The position numbers were made by a program, and so were the translations under genes. A stretch of DNA of 64,000 bases from Terriglobales bacterium (GTDB lineage: Bacteria > Acidobacteriota > Terriglobia > Terriglobales > Acidobacteriaceae). This document shows, piece after piece, positions 10,422 through 18,988 of the stretch. Every line of letters begins with the position of its first letter. The stretch's first letter is position 1. A model generated the notes under the pieces. The model saw only the letters and a list, made by a program, of their open reading frames with translations. It did not search any database and had not been told where the DNA came from. Location: positions 52,325 through 116,324 of the forward strand of contig DASSIO010000060.1 of assembly GCA_035691825.1 (NCBI GenBank), given 5' to 3'.

Positions 10422-11162
10422 GTGCTGACTTCAAAGGAACGCGACAATTTGCGTGTGGTCCTGGTGGCCACGCGCAATCCCTTGAACATAGGAGCCGCAG
10501 CGCGAGCCATGAGCAATTTTGGATTTAATCAGCTGCGATTGGTCGGTCCGTACGAACCATCGTTTCGCGAGGCGCGCTCTGCCGCGGGCGCCGCGGACCT
10601 CCTCCGTGGTGCCAAGGCATATGTGAGTGTCGCCGAAGCGATCGCCGATTGCTCGCTGGTGGTCGGGACGACTTCGCTTGGGAGCCGCAAACCAAAGCAC
10701 GCACTACGTTCATTGGAGCAGAGCGTCATCAAGATTCGCGAGCAACTCCGCTTCTCCCGAGTCGCTCTTCTATTCGGGTCAGAAAAGCGCGGCCTTTCGA
10801 ACGACGATCTCAGCTATTGTGACCAGCTCCTGTACATTCCTACGCACGAAGAACATAGCTCCATGAATCTGGGTCAGTCGGTGGCAATCTGCCTTTATGA
10901 ATTAATCCGCGACGATTCAGGCGGGAAGGGAACTGAGTGCCAAGATCAGAACCTTCAACGCGTCACTGCTGCTAAGTTGGAACTCCTTACTTCAGTTTTA
11001 GCCGACATTTTGCGGGAGTGTGGATATTTGAAATCTGGTGGTTCCAGCGAGGAGACGCGCCGACTTGTTCGGCGGATGCGTCTGAATGAGCGCGATGCCG
11101 AGACGTGGCTGGGTGTGCTGCGGCAGGTTTCGTGGAAGCTGCGCTCGAACCAGCATCTCTAA
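10422..11162 (+). CDS. SpoU/TrmH-class RNA 2'-O-methyltransferase, TrmJ-like
   Basis: N-terminus RVVLVATRNPLNIGAAARAMSNFGF and LLFGSEKRGLSN are typical of TrmJ/LasT. GTG start. Confidence 0.75.
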   Translation: MLTSKERDNLRVVLVATRNPLNIGAAARAMSNFGFNQLRLVGPYEPSFREARSAAGAADLLRGAKAYVSVAEAIADCSLVVGTTSLGSRKPKHALRSLEQSVIKIREQLRFSRVALLFGSEKRGLSNDDLSYCDQLLYIPTHEEHSSMNLGQSVAICLYELIRDDSGGKGTECQDQNLQRVTAAKLELLTSVLADILRECGYLKSGGSSEETRRLVRRMRLNERDAETWLGVLRQVSWKLRSNQHL

Positions 11163-11237
11163 CCGCGATAAGCACACGATCTGCACTCTGTGGCCGAGCA
11201 TCACGATGTTAAAGGGGTGTGTTAGATTGTTCCAAGT

Positions 11238-11313
11238 GGGCGCGTAGCTCAGGTGGTAGAGCAATGCCCTTTTAAGGCATGGGTCGCAGGTTCGAATCCT
11301 GCCGCGCTCACCA
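11238..11313 (+). tRNA. tRNA-Lys (anticodon TTT), with encoded CCA
   Basis: Cloverleaf read by eye. Acceptor GGGCGCG/CGCGCTC (one G-U), D arm TAGCTCAGGTGGTAGAGC, anticodon loop CT-TTT-AA, T arm GCAGGTTCGAATCCTGC, discriminator A plus CCA. Confidence 0.9.
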
Positions 11314-11321
11314 TAAGCCCC

Positions 11322-12125
11322 GTGCAAAACTTATCCGAACTCCAATTTGCCAATTTATCCGATATTGGCTGCCAACGCGAACGCAACGAAGATGCCTCGG
11401 GGTACTGGCAGCCGGGCAGCCGCGACGAGTTGAGTCGCAAGGGCGTACTGGCTGTCATTGCCGATGGCATGGGTGGATACCAGGGAGGCCAGGAGGCTAG
11501 CAGCCTCGCGGTTAAAACCGTCTGTCAGGCATATGCTGAGAGCTCTAATGATCCGCAATCCGCGCTTGTTTCCGCTCTGAAGTCTGCGCACGAACACATT
11601 CGTGACCACGCCCGTCGCAATCCAGCCCTTTTCGGTATGGGTACGACGTGTACGGCCGCTTGTGTCCAGGACGCGCACCTGATTTTCGCTCATGTGGGTG
11701 ATAGCCGCTTATATCTCAGCCGCAATGGCAGCATCTCACGGCTTACGCGCGATCACTCCTATGTGGCGCGATTGATCGAATCCGGTTTAATCGGAGCCGA
11801 GGATGCTGAGAATCATCCTCAGCGGCATGTCCTCACTGCCGCGCTAGGAGTGGGCGAAGACCTGGTGCCAGATTGTCCTCCCAAACCCATGCCGCTCAAC
11901 ACGGGTGACGTGCTGCTGCTTTGTACAGATGGGCTTTGGGGGCTGGTAGAAGATAAAGAATTGCATATGACGGTCCGGAACACCGCTCCCGATCACGCGT
12001 GCCGAGAACTCGTGGCTCTGGCAAAACAGCGAGGAGCTCCCGATAATGTAACCGTCCAAATCCTGCGTTTTGTCGGGCATAGCGCGTCAGCCCGGGCCGG
12101 CGATAGTCCCTCAACTGCCTTTTAG
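11322..12125 (+). CDS. PP2C-family Ser/Thr protein phosphatase
   Basis: PPM motifs RERNEDA, AVIADGMGG, HVGDSRLY, LLCTDGLW, APDNVT. The track's ATG 11253 lies inside the tRNA, so I used the in-frame GTG 11322, 8 nt after the tRNA CCA. Confidence 0.8.
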   Translation: MQNLSELQFANLSDIGCQRERNEDASGYWQPGSRDELSRKGVLAVIADGMGGYQGGQEASSLAVKTVCQAYAESSNDPQSALVSALKSAHEHIRDHARRNPALFGMGTTCTAACVQDAHLIFAHVGDSRLYLSRNGSISRLTRDHSYVARLIESGLIGAEDAENHPQRHVLTAALGVGEDLVPDCPPKPMPLNTGDVLLLCTDGLWGLVEDKELHMTVRNTAPDHACRELVALAKQRGAPDNVTVQILRFVGHSASARAGDSPSTAF

Positions 12126-12293
12126 ATTCACCATCATCCGAAAAATTCTGCTTCTCTGAGTGCAAACGCGTGCACAGCGCGCATGTGCTCTCGACACGCC
12201 AGACTGCGAACGGTCAATGCCATCAGCAGGTTGCCATTTTGAGAGTCACGGATCCGGTTTGGCAGGCAGATTGCTTATGTCCTGTATGTGAAT

Positions 12294-12318
12294 AATGTCT
12301 ATTGAAATAATAGACATT
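12294..12318. promoter_or_regulatory. Perfect palindrome AATGTCTATT-GAAAT-AATAGACATT, candidate Rrf2 operator
   Basis: 10-bp perfect inverted arms ending 18 nt before the Rrf2 ATG. The core ATGTCTA-N9-TAGACAT recurs at 15609-15631. Confidence 0.5.
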
Positions 12319-12336
12319 CGAGATTAGGCTGATTCC

Positions 12337-12831
12337 ATGAAGGTCTCGCAAAAAGGTCTTTATGCTTTGCAGGCATTGATGATGCTGGCACGGCACTACC
12401 ATCAGGGCGCGATCAAGATTCGTGACATCGCCTACGAGGCCGATCTCCCGGAGAAATTCTTAGAGCTGATTCTGCTGGAATTGAAGAACGCGCGCATTGT
12501 CGAAAGCGTGCGGGGCGCCAAAGGCGGGTATCAGCTTCGGCGCCCGCCTGCAGAGATCTACCTGAGCGAAATAATCCGCCTCATTGATGGACCGTTGGCG
12601 CCATTTGGCGATGCTGATTCGCTACGCGACTTAATCGATCGTGATTTACCCCACCGTTCACTGTACATGGTTTTTCTCCAGGTTCGCGATGCGGCCGCCA
12701 AGATTTTAGACAGCACCAGTCTGGCGGACCTGGTTGAAGGCCGGCAGTCCGGTCCAGGAGCCAAGAAGAAACGAAAGGGCAAGAGCAGCCGCGTGCTTCC
12801 CATGGTCGTGCAGGGAGGGCAAGGACAATGA
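12337..12831 (+). CDS. Rrf2-family transcriptional regulator, cysteine-free (CymR-like rather than IscR/NsrR-like)
   Basis: Rrf2 winged-helix N-terminus (SQKGLYALQALMMLA...IRDIA...LPEKFLELILLELKNARIVESVRGAKGGYQL). No Cys anywhere in the 164 aa. Lys-rich C-terminal tail. Confidence 0.85.
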   Translation: MKVSQKGLYALQALMMLARHYHQGAIKIRDIAYEADLPEKFLELILLELKNARIVESVRGAKGGYQLRRPPAEIYLSEIIRLIDGPLAPFGDADSLRDLIDRDLPHRSLYMVFLQVRDAAAKILDSTSLADLVEGRQSGPGAKKKRKGKSSRVLPMVVQGGQGQ

Positions 12832-13838
12832 CGCGCTGGTTGGGAATGTTTGCAGCTGTCCTGACGCTCTCGTCCATCGTTTGTGCCCAGCAGGCCACGA
12901 TTCGAGTCGGCGCTTTCCCCAACATTACTCATCCGCAGGCAATGATTGGCAAGGCGAACGGCTGGTTTGAGAAAGCCATGGGACCGCACGTCAAGATTGA
13001 ATGGAAGACGTTCAATGCCGGGCCGTCAGCCATCGAGGCAATGTATGCCGGCGCACTGGATCTCACGTATATAGGGCCCAACCCTGCGATCAATGGTTAT
13101 GTACGGTCCAATGGAGAGGCGCTGCGAACTATTGCGGGCGCGACCAGTGGAGGCGCTGCCCTAGTCGTGCGCCAAGACGCGGGAATCTCGAAAATCGAAG
13201 ACCTTCATCGCAAACGCATCGCTTCGCCGCAGATGGGCAATACGCAGGATGTCGCGCTGCGCGCATGGCTGAAGTCGAACGGGATGAGGACCACCGATAA
13301 GGGTGGGGATGTACAGGTAATTCCAGTGGCTAATCCCGATCAGCTCACGCTTTTCCTGAAAAAAGAGATTGATGCGGCATGGGCGCCAGAGCCGTGGGCT
13401 TCCCGCCTGGTGCATGAGGCGAATGGACGAATATTTCTCGACGAGCGCTCGCTTTGGCCAAAGGGTCAGTTTGTAACGGCGCAATTAGTCGCCAGCACCA
13501 AGATTCTGAACGAACATCCTGACCTGGTGAAGATCTGGCTACGCGCTCACGTGGAACTAACAGATTGGATTAATCGTCACCTGCCAGAGGCCAAGACGCT
13601 GTTGAACCAACAGATTCAGAAAGAGACGGGCAAGGCATTAGCCGCAGACGTTCTGGACGATTCTTTTAGCCGTCTGGAAGTTACTTATGATCCGCTTCCC
13701 GCGGCCCTGCTGAGGGCGGCTCAGTCCGCGTTCGATGCCGGCTTCCTCGGGCGACAGATGCCGGACCTCTCCCGCATGTACGAGCTGAAGCTCTTGAATG
13801 AAGTGCTGGGCGAAAAAGGGAAAAAGGCAATCCAATGA
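12828..13838 (+). CDS. ABC transporter substrate-binding protein, SsuA/TauA/NMT1 type
   Basis: Signal peptide MTRWLGMFAAVLTLSSIVCAQQ and periplasmic-binding-protein layout. ATGA overlap with the upstream stop. Confidence 0.75.
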   Translation: MTRWLGMFAAVLTLSSIVCAQQATIRVGAFPNITHPQAMIGKANGWFEKAMGPHVKIEWKTFNAGPSAIEAMYAGALDLTYIGPNPAINGYVRSNGEALRTIAGATSGGAALVVRQDAGISKIEDLHRKRIASPQMGNTQDVALRAWLKSNGMRTTDKGGDVQVIPVANPDQLTLFLKKEIDAAWAPEPWASRLVHEANGRIFLDERSLWPKGQFVTAQLVASTKILNEHPDLVKIWLRAHVELTDWINRHLPEAKTLLNQQIQKETGKALAADVLDDSFSRLEVTYDPLPAALLRAAQSAFDAGFLGRQMPDLSRMYELKLLNEVLGEKGKKAIQ

Positions 13839-14740
13839 CACCGAACCGCAGCGCTGCTGCTCCAGAACACCGTGCGACAAGCCGGTCACGATTCCATGGC
13901 GTCCCCAATCTGACTGTAATCCCAACCCGCGCTCAGGCTCTGAACGTTCCCAAAGTCGCGCTGAGTGACATCTGCCTCAGCTACGAAATGAATACAAAGG
14001 GCCGTCTGATTGCGCTGCAGCACATCAATCTGCAGGTGCAGCCTGGCGAATTTTTGTGCATTGTAGGGCCGTCGGGTTGCGGAAAGTCCACATTGCTTCA
14101 CTTGGTTGCGGGTTTACACAGGCAGACTGCGGGCCAGGTGCTCGTCGACGGCAAAGCAGTGCAGGGAACTGGGACTGATCGAATTCTTATTTTCCAGGAA
14201 CTAGGACTCTTTCCCTGGCTCACCGTCGCCCAGAACGTTGAGTTCGGGCTTCGCGTGAAGGGTATTCCCAAGCTAGAGCGAGATTCCAAGGTGAACGAGT
14301 ACTTGCGTCTGGTGCACTTGCAACAGTTTAAGGACAGCTACACTCATCAGCTATCGGGGGGAATGAGGCAGCGCGTAGCGCTGGCTCGCGCGCTTGCGAC
14401 AGAACCGGATGTTCTGCTGATGGACGAGCCGTTTGCCGCGCTGGACGCGCAGACGCGTGACTTGTTGCATGATGAGCTGGAACGGATCTGGGCGGAGACT
14501 GGGCGCACGATCATCTTTGTGACCCACAACGTGCGCGAAGCTGTGCGGCTGGGCGATCGCGTGGCTCTGCTGACCTTTCGCCCTGGCCGTGTTAAACGTG
14601 AGTATCCGGTTGACCTGCCGCGGCCCCGGCATCTGGAAGACGTTCCCGTAGCCGCTACCGCGCGCGAAATTCTCAACGATCTTCGCGAAGAGATCAACAA
14701 ATCTCTGGAAGCCGAGTACAGCCATGAAACGAACCGTTAG
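13835..14740 (+). CDS. ABC transporter ATP-binding protein (NitT/TauT family)
   Basis: Walker A GPSGCGKST, signature LSGGMRQR, Walker B LLMDEPF. ATGA overlap with the binding-protein stop. Confidence 0.9.
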   Translation: MTPNRSAAAPEHRATSRSRFHGVPNLTVIPTRAQALNVPKVALSDICLSYEMNTKGRLIALQHINLQVQPGEFLCIVGPSGCGKSTLLHLVAGLHRQTAGQVLVDGKAVQGTGTDRILIFQELGLFPWLTVAQNVEFGLRVKGIPKLERDSKVNEYLRLVHLQQFKDSYTHQLSGGMRQRVALARALATEPDVLLMDEPFAALDAQTRDLLHDELERIWAETGRTIIFVTHNVREAVRLGDRVALLTFRPGRVKREYPVDLPRPRHLEDVPVAATAREILNDLREEINKSLEAEYSHETNR

Positions 14741-15485
14741 ATATTTGGTATTTTATTCGGCGCTGATCGCCGCTTGGGTGATTGTGGCCAAGCTGAAGAT
14801 TTGGCCGCCTTACATTTTTCCCACGCCGTGGGGAGTGGGCGAGGCGCTGTGGGCAGGTTTTGCGGACCACAGTTTCTGGATTGCCATTGCAGTCAGCATG
14901 CGGCGCATGCTGATCGGCTACGGACTCTCGGTGGTTCTGGGCATGGTCCTGGGTTTGGGTATCGCGAGCAGCAAATTTCTCGAAGAAACCGTTGGTGGTC
15001 TCTTAGTCAGCCTGCAAAGTCTGCCCAGCATTTGCTGGTTGCCGATCGCGGTGCTGTGGTTTGGATTAACCGAGAAGGCCATTCTGTTCGTCGTAGTGAT
15101 GGGGTCGTTGCTGTCAGTAACCATTAGTATGGAGACTGGACGCAAGCAACTGCCAAAGATCTATTCGATGGCTGGACGAAATCTGGGGGCCCGGGGATTT
15201 CAGCTCTTCTTGCGCGTAACTTTGCCGGCCAGCCTGCCGTACATCGTCACTGGGCTCAAGCAGGGATGGGCATTCGCCTGGCGGTCGCTGATTTCCGGAG
15301 AAATGATTTTCATCAGCCTGGGTCTTGGCCAACTTCTGATGATGGGACGCGACCTCAATGACATGAGCCAGGTGATCGCGGTGATGATTCTGATCATCGG
15401 CCTGGGCTACCTCGTCGATGGTCTGGTGTTCAAGACAATCGAGAGGCGCTTGCAGGAGAGATGGGGGCTATCGACGGCGGCCTGA
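14724..15485 (+). CDS. ABC transporter permease (SsuC/TauC type)
   Basis: About 6 TM helices with a BPD-transporter EAA-like loop (MAGRNLGARGFQLFLRVTLPASLPY). 17-nt overlap with the ATPase gene. Confidence 0.85.
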   Translation: MKRTVRYLVFYSALIAAWVIVAKLKIWPPYIFPTPWGVGEALWAGFADHSFWIAIAVSMRRMLIGYGLSVVLGMVLGLGIASSKFLEETVGGLLVSLQSLPSICWLPIAVLWFGLTEKAILFVVVMGSLLSVTISMETGRKQLPKIYSMAGRNLGARGFQLFLRVTLPASLPYIVTGLKQGWAFAWRSLISGEMIFISLGLGQLLMMGRDLNDMSQVIAVMILIIGLGYLVDGLVFKTIERRLQERWGLSTAA

Positions 15486-15608
15486 TGAGCAAGAAGATGC
15501 ACACGGTTTTCCCGCTTCGGCACCGCTGACCAGGTAAGCCACTCAAACCAGCGCGTTAGGAAATGAGGATCCGTGGGCGAAATGGAAAGGCAATTTCAAT
15601 ATCCAAGG

Positions 15609-15631
15609 ATGTCTACTTCAATAATAGACAT
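15609..15631. promoter_or_regulatory. Second copy of the ATGTCTA-N9-TAGACAT palindrome
   Basis: ATGTCTA-CTTCAATAA-TAGACAT has the same half-sites and spacing as 12296-12318. It lies about 88 nt upstream of the porin ATG. Confidence 0.45.
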
Positions 15632-15718
15632 ACTAGTGAATTCAGGCCCGACTCCCCCGGGGGATGCGTTTGACGCAATGAGAACGAGAGCACAAGGCAA
15701 GAGGCCAGGAGAACATGT

Positions 15719-17002
15719 ATGAAGAAAGACCTTCTGCTAATCCCAGTTCTGCTGTTCGTGACGGTATTCGTGCAGGCACAGACGATGAATCTCAACGACG
15801 CTGCGGCGGCGGTGGCAGCCACGGCGGCAACACAAAAGAAAACTACGCCTCCAGTCTCTTTTGGGGCCAACGGGTTGATCTTCAGCACTCAAGACGGCGA
15901 TTACCGGCTGCAGGTCCACGGATACGTGCAAGGCGATGATCGCATGTTCTCGAGCAACCCCAAGGGAGGGTCTCTCGACATGTTCACGTTCCGGCGCATC
16001 CGGCCCAATATCGAGGGCACTCTCTTTGGCAACGTAGATTTCCGCTTCATGCCTGATTTTGGACAGAACAACCCCCAGATCCAGGACGCTTACCTGGAGT
16101 TGAAGACCCTCTCGTTTGCCAAGCTGCGACTGGGCAAGTACAAAGTGCCTCTTGGACTTGAAGCTCTGCGATCCGACCCGGAGATGTCCTTTGCGGAGCG
16201 TTCGCTCTCATCCGACCTGGTTCCATTACGCTACCTGGGCGCGCAGATTGGCGGATCCGTGCTCTCCAGTTCGATTTCTTACCAAGTCGGATATTTTAAT
16301 GGGACCAATGACGGCTCGAATGGCGCGATCCAGTGGATTCAGGGCAATGAGGGAGTTGCGCGTGTTTTCTTTCAGCCGTTTGCGGTGAGTAAACGGAGCG
16401 CACTGCAGCATATCGGCATCGGCGTAGCAGGCTCATCGGGAGTGCAGCACGGCACCATCGCCGGACTGAAAACGACCGGGCAGAGCACCTTCTTCAAGTA
16501 TTCGTCAACGGCATTGGCCGACGGACAACATAACCGGGTGGTTCCGCAGGCTTATTACTTCGCGGGGCCGGTTCTCTTCATGGCTGAATATGTAGTCTCC
16601 TCGCAAACCGTCTTAAACAAGAAGCTCACGGACAGGCTGCGAAACGAGGCCTGGCATGTCGAGGGTTCGATCATGCTTACTGGAGAAAAGAACACCTATA
16701 ACGGGGTTCGCCCGCGCTATGCGTTTGAACCGAATCGAGGCATCCGGCACATGGGTGGCGTCGAGCTTGCGATTCGAACCAGTCAGTTGAGCATTGACAA
16801 AGCTGCGTTTCCGCTCTTCGCGAATCCTAAAACGGCGGCTCAGCATGCGCAGGAGTGGGGTGTAGGTGTGAATTGGTACCTGAATCGCTTCGTCAAGCTG
16901 ATGACCAATTACGAGCACACCGACTTCCGCATGGCGTTAGGCAACGTGACGCCGCTGCATAGCGAGAACGTGTTGATGAGCCGCATCCAACTGGCCTTTT
17001 AG
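15719..17002 (+). CDS. Outer-membrane porin, phosphate-selective porin O/P-like
   Basis: RBS AGGAG and signal peptide (...VFVQAQT). Beta-rich sequence with RLQVHGYVQGD, FRRIRPNIEG and LRLGKYKVPLGLE. C-terminal IQLAF. Confidence 0.7.
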   Translation: MKKDLLLIPVLLFVTVFVQAQTMNLNDAAAAVAATAATQKKTTPPVSFGANGLIFSTQDGDYRLQVHGYVQGDDRMFSSNPKGGSLDMFTFRRIRPNIEGTLFGNVDFRFMPDFGQNNPQIQDAYLELKTLSFAKLRLGKYKVPLGLEALRSDPEMSFAERSLSSDLVPLRYLGAQIGGSVLSSSISYQVGYFNGTNDGSNGAIQWIQGNEGVARVFFQPFAVSKRSALQHIGIGVAGSSGVQHGTIAGLKTTGQSTFFKYSSTALADGQHNRVVPQAYYFAGPVLFMAEYVVSSQTVLNKKLTDRLRNEAWHVEGSIMLTGEKNTYNGVRPRYAFEPNRGIRHMGGVELAIRTSQLSIDKAAFPLFANPKTAAQHAQEWGVGVNWYLNRFVKLMTNYEHTDFRMALGNVTPLHSENVLMSRIQLAF

Positions 17003-17020
17003 GCACCTACGCCGCGAGGG

Positions 17021-18235
17021 GTGGCGTCCTTGACCGGGGGCTCCACCGCTTTTACAGTTATCAGTCACGGCATGATTTCACGACGAGATTTCCTGCAAGG
17101 TTTGACGCGGGGAGTGGCAGGACTTGCGCTCGCTCATCCGATCCGTGCGTATGTTGCTGAAACATCCCCTGCGATTCCTGGGACCACGGGGATGATTGTC
17201 CGCTCCTCTCGCTTCCTGGATCTGGAGATGCCGCGGGAATACGCGAATTCCTTCCTCACTCCGGTCGAGCACTTTTTTGTGCGTAACCATATGCACCAGC
17301 CCAGCACTCTGGACGCGGCGGAGTGGCGGCTTTCCGTGGCTGGCGAAGTGGAAAGGCCATTGACTTTCACATTAGCTGATTTGCGCAAGTTAGAGTCGCA
17401 CAATGTTATCAACACGCTGGAGTGCGCAGGGAACGGACGTGCATTTGTGGAGCCGCATGTCCCCGGTATTCAGTGGCAGAAAGGAGGCGTCGGAAATGCG
17501 CGCTTCATGGGCGTGCGGCTTTCGGAGATCCTCAGTCGGGCGGGCGTGAAATCCACCGCGAAGCACGTGATGTTTCGTGGACTCGACGAGGTTCCAGGGA
17601 AAGTCCCGCCATTCATTCGTAGTATTCCCATTGAAAAGGCAACCGATCCGGATACGCTCATCGCAACGCATATGAACGGCGCGTCACTGACCAAGCATCA
17701 TGGTTTCCCGGCACGCGCGCTGGTACCGGGCTGGGTCGGAGCAGCATCGTGCAAGTGGCTAGCCGAGATCAAGGTGCTGGATAAGCCGTTTGAAGGTAAC
17801 TTTATGAATCCCGGCTATCGCATGCCGAATACCCCTCTGAAGCCCGGAGACGCGCTCACGGCGGAGAACTCACATCCCGTAACAGCACTATCGGTGAAAT
17901 CTTTGATTGCTAAGCCCAGCGATGGAGCGAAGAGTAAACCGGGGCTGATCCGAGTGGAAGGGGTAGCCTGGGCGGGAGAGGCCGATGTGACGCGCGTTGA
18001 TGTTTCCACGGACTCCGGCGCGAACTGGCGGCCAGCGCAGTTGGCCAAACAACATTCAAAGTATGCCTGGCGCCTTTGGAGCTATTCTTTCAAAACGCCG
18101 AAACCGGGAGACTACACGATCATGTCTCGCGCTACCGATGGTTTGGGTCGGACTCAACCCCAATCGGTAAACTGGAATCCGGGCGGGTACCTCAACAATG
18201 CTATCGATCAGATACTTGTGCACGTGGAAGGCTAG
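17021..18235 (+). CDS. Periplasmic sulfite-oxidase-family molybdoenzyme (SorA-like sulfite dehydrogenase)
   Basis: Tat signal SRRDFLQG and Mo-ligand Cys motif TLECAGNGR. C-terminal Moco-dimerisation-type domain (VEGVAWAGEADVTRVDVSTDSGANW). The start could be ATG 17072 instead. Confidence 0.85.
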   Translation: MASLTGGSTAFTVISHGMISRRDFLQGLTRGVAGLALAHPIRAYVAETSPAIPGTTGMIVRSSRFLDLEMPREYANSFLTPVEHFFVRNHMHQPSTLDAAEWRLSVAGEVERPLTFTLADLRKLESHNVINTLECAGNGRAFVEPHVPGIQWQKGGVGNARFMGVRLSEILSRAGVKSTAKHVMFRGLDEVPGKVPPFIRSIPIEKATDPDTLIATHMNGASLTKHHGFPARALVPGWVGAASCKWLAEIKVLDKPFEGNFMNPGYRMPNTPLKPGDALTAENSHPVTALSVKSLIAKPSDGAKSKPGLIRVEGVAWAGEADVTRVDVSTDSGANWRPAQLAKQHSKYAWRLWSYSFKTPKPGDYTIMSRATDGLGRTQPQSVNWNPGGYLNNAIDQILVHVEG

Positions 18236-18536
18236 CGCGATCGCCAGCGTGTTCGTGCTCCTTGGTGCAGTTTTCTGCGCTGAGTCAAACGCCGCGCCAG
18301 AATTGCCAGACGGGCCTTTGAAGGCGAAGGTAGCCACCGCCTGCACGGAGTGCCATGACGCACGAATTATTCTGCAGCAGCGACTCAGCAAAACAACCTG
18401 GGCGAAGGAAGTGGATAAGATGAGCAAATGGGGGGCGCTGGTAGCGCCTGCCGACCGCGATGCCTTCATTGACTATTTGAGTATCAATTTCCCGCCCGAC
18501 AAACGGCCTTATCAAGCCCCGCGAATGAAGAAGTGA
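18198..18536 (+). CDS. Mono-haem cytochrome c (SorB-like electron acceptor)
   Basis: Signal peptide and a single CxxCH (CTECH). It overlaps the preceding gene by 38 nt, so the start is uncertain. Confidence 0.7.
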   Translation: MLSIRYLCTWKASAIASVFVLLGAVFCAESNAAPELPDGPLKAKVATACTECHDARIILQQRLSKTTWAKEVDKMSKWGALVAPADRDAFIDYLSINFPPDKRPYQAPRMKK

Positions 18537-18596
18537 CAGCGGCCAGCACTGTGCAACTGGCAACTGGTGAGCACAGCTAAGGTTTTCTGGGGTGTG

Positions 18597-18812
18597 CTAG
18601 GCTACGTCGTTCCAGATATGCGCATTCTTGCCCTGCGGCTCGCCCGTATGCTCAGGGTTCTCGCCCGGTTCAGGAAAATCGGTATCGAAGTCCTTGACCC
18701 GCGGATCCTGATCCCGGTGCCCGAGTTGGCCATTAAGGCTGGTGTTGCCCTTTTGTCCGCGCTCATCCTGCTCCAGAGCGCCCTTCTCACGATCCTGATC
18801 TTTATGAGTCAT
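18597..18812 (-). CDS. Small (71 aa) highly hydrophilic protein of unknown function
   Basis: ATG 18812 has GGAG about 8 nt upstream. The track's 124-aa version lacks an RBS. The product MTHKDQDREKGALEQDERGQ... is charged and probably disordered. Confidence 0.45.
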   Translation of the reverse strand: MTHKDQDREKGALEQDERGQKGNTSLNGQLGHRDQDPRVKDFDTDFPEPGENPEHTGEPQGKNAHIWNDVA

Positions 18813-18988
18813 TAATAATCTCCGCCTTGTATTGACTGATGCGGTCGAAGAACTTCGCCACCACATCGAGATTAACTTGAAAGCCGTGCTCAGGGAAGAG
18901 AATTGAGCGAAGGCAAATGAGCCCACGAGTTCCGTCTTGGGAGTGGACCCATGCCTCCACCCGGAAGCCACTTGAACCAGAAACAGAC

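Noticed and set aside
11253-11321. ATG 11253 as the start of the PP2C phosphatase ORF.
   Set aside because: The first 61 nt would be the tRNA-Lys itself (the translation MVEQCPFKAWVAGSNPAAL is tRNA sequence).
11163-12336. tRNA-Lys as the boundary of a genomic island.
   Set aside because: There is no integrase, no direct repeat of the tRNA 3' end and no mobility genes. The flanking genes look like ordinary chromosomal genes.
18567-18815. 82-aa hydrophobic plus-strand ORF.
   Set aside because: It has no RBS and looks like the antisense image of the charged minus-strand ORF, which does have an RBS. This call is not certain.
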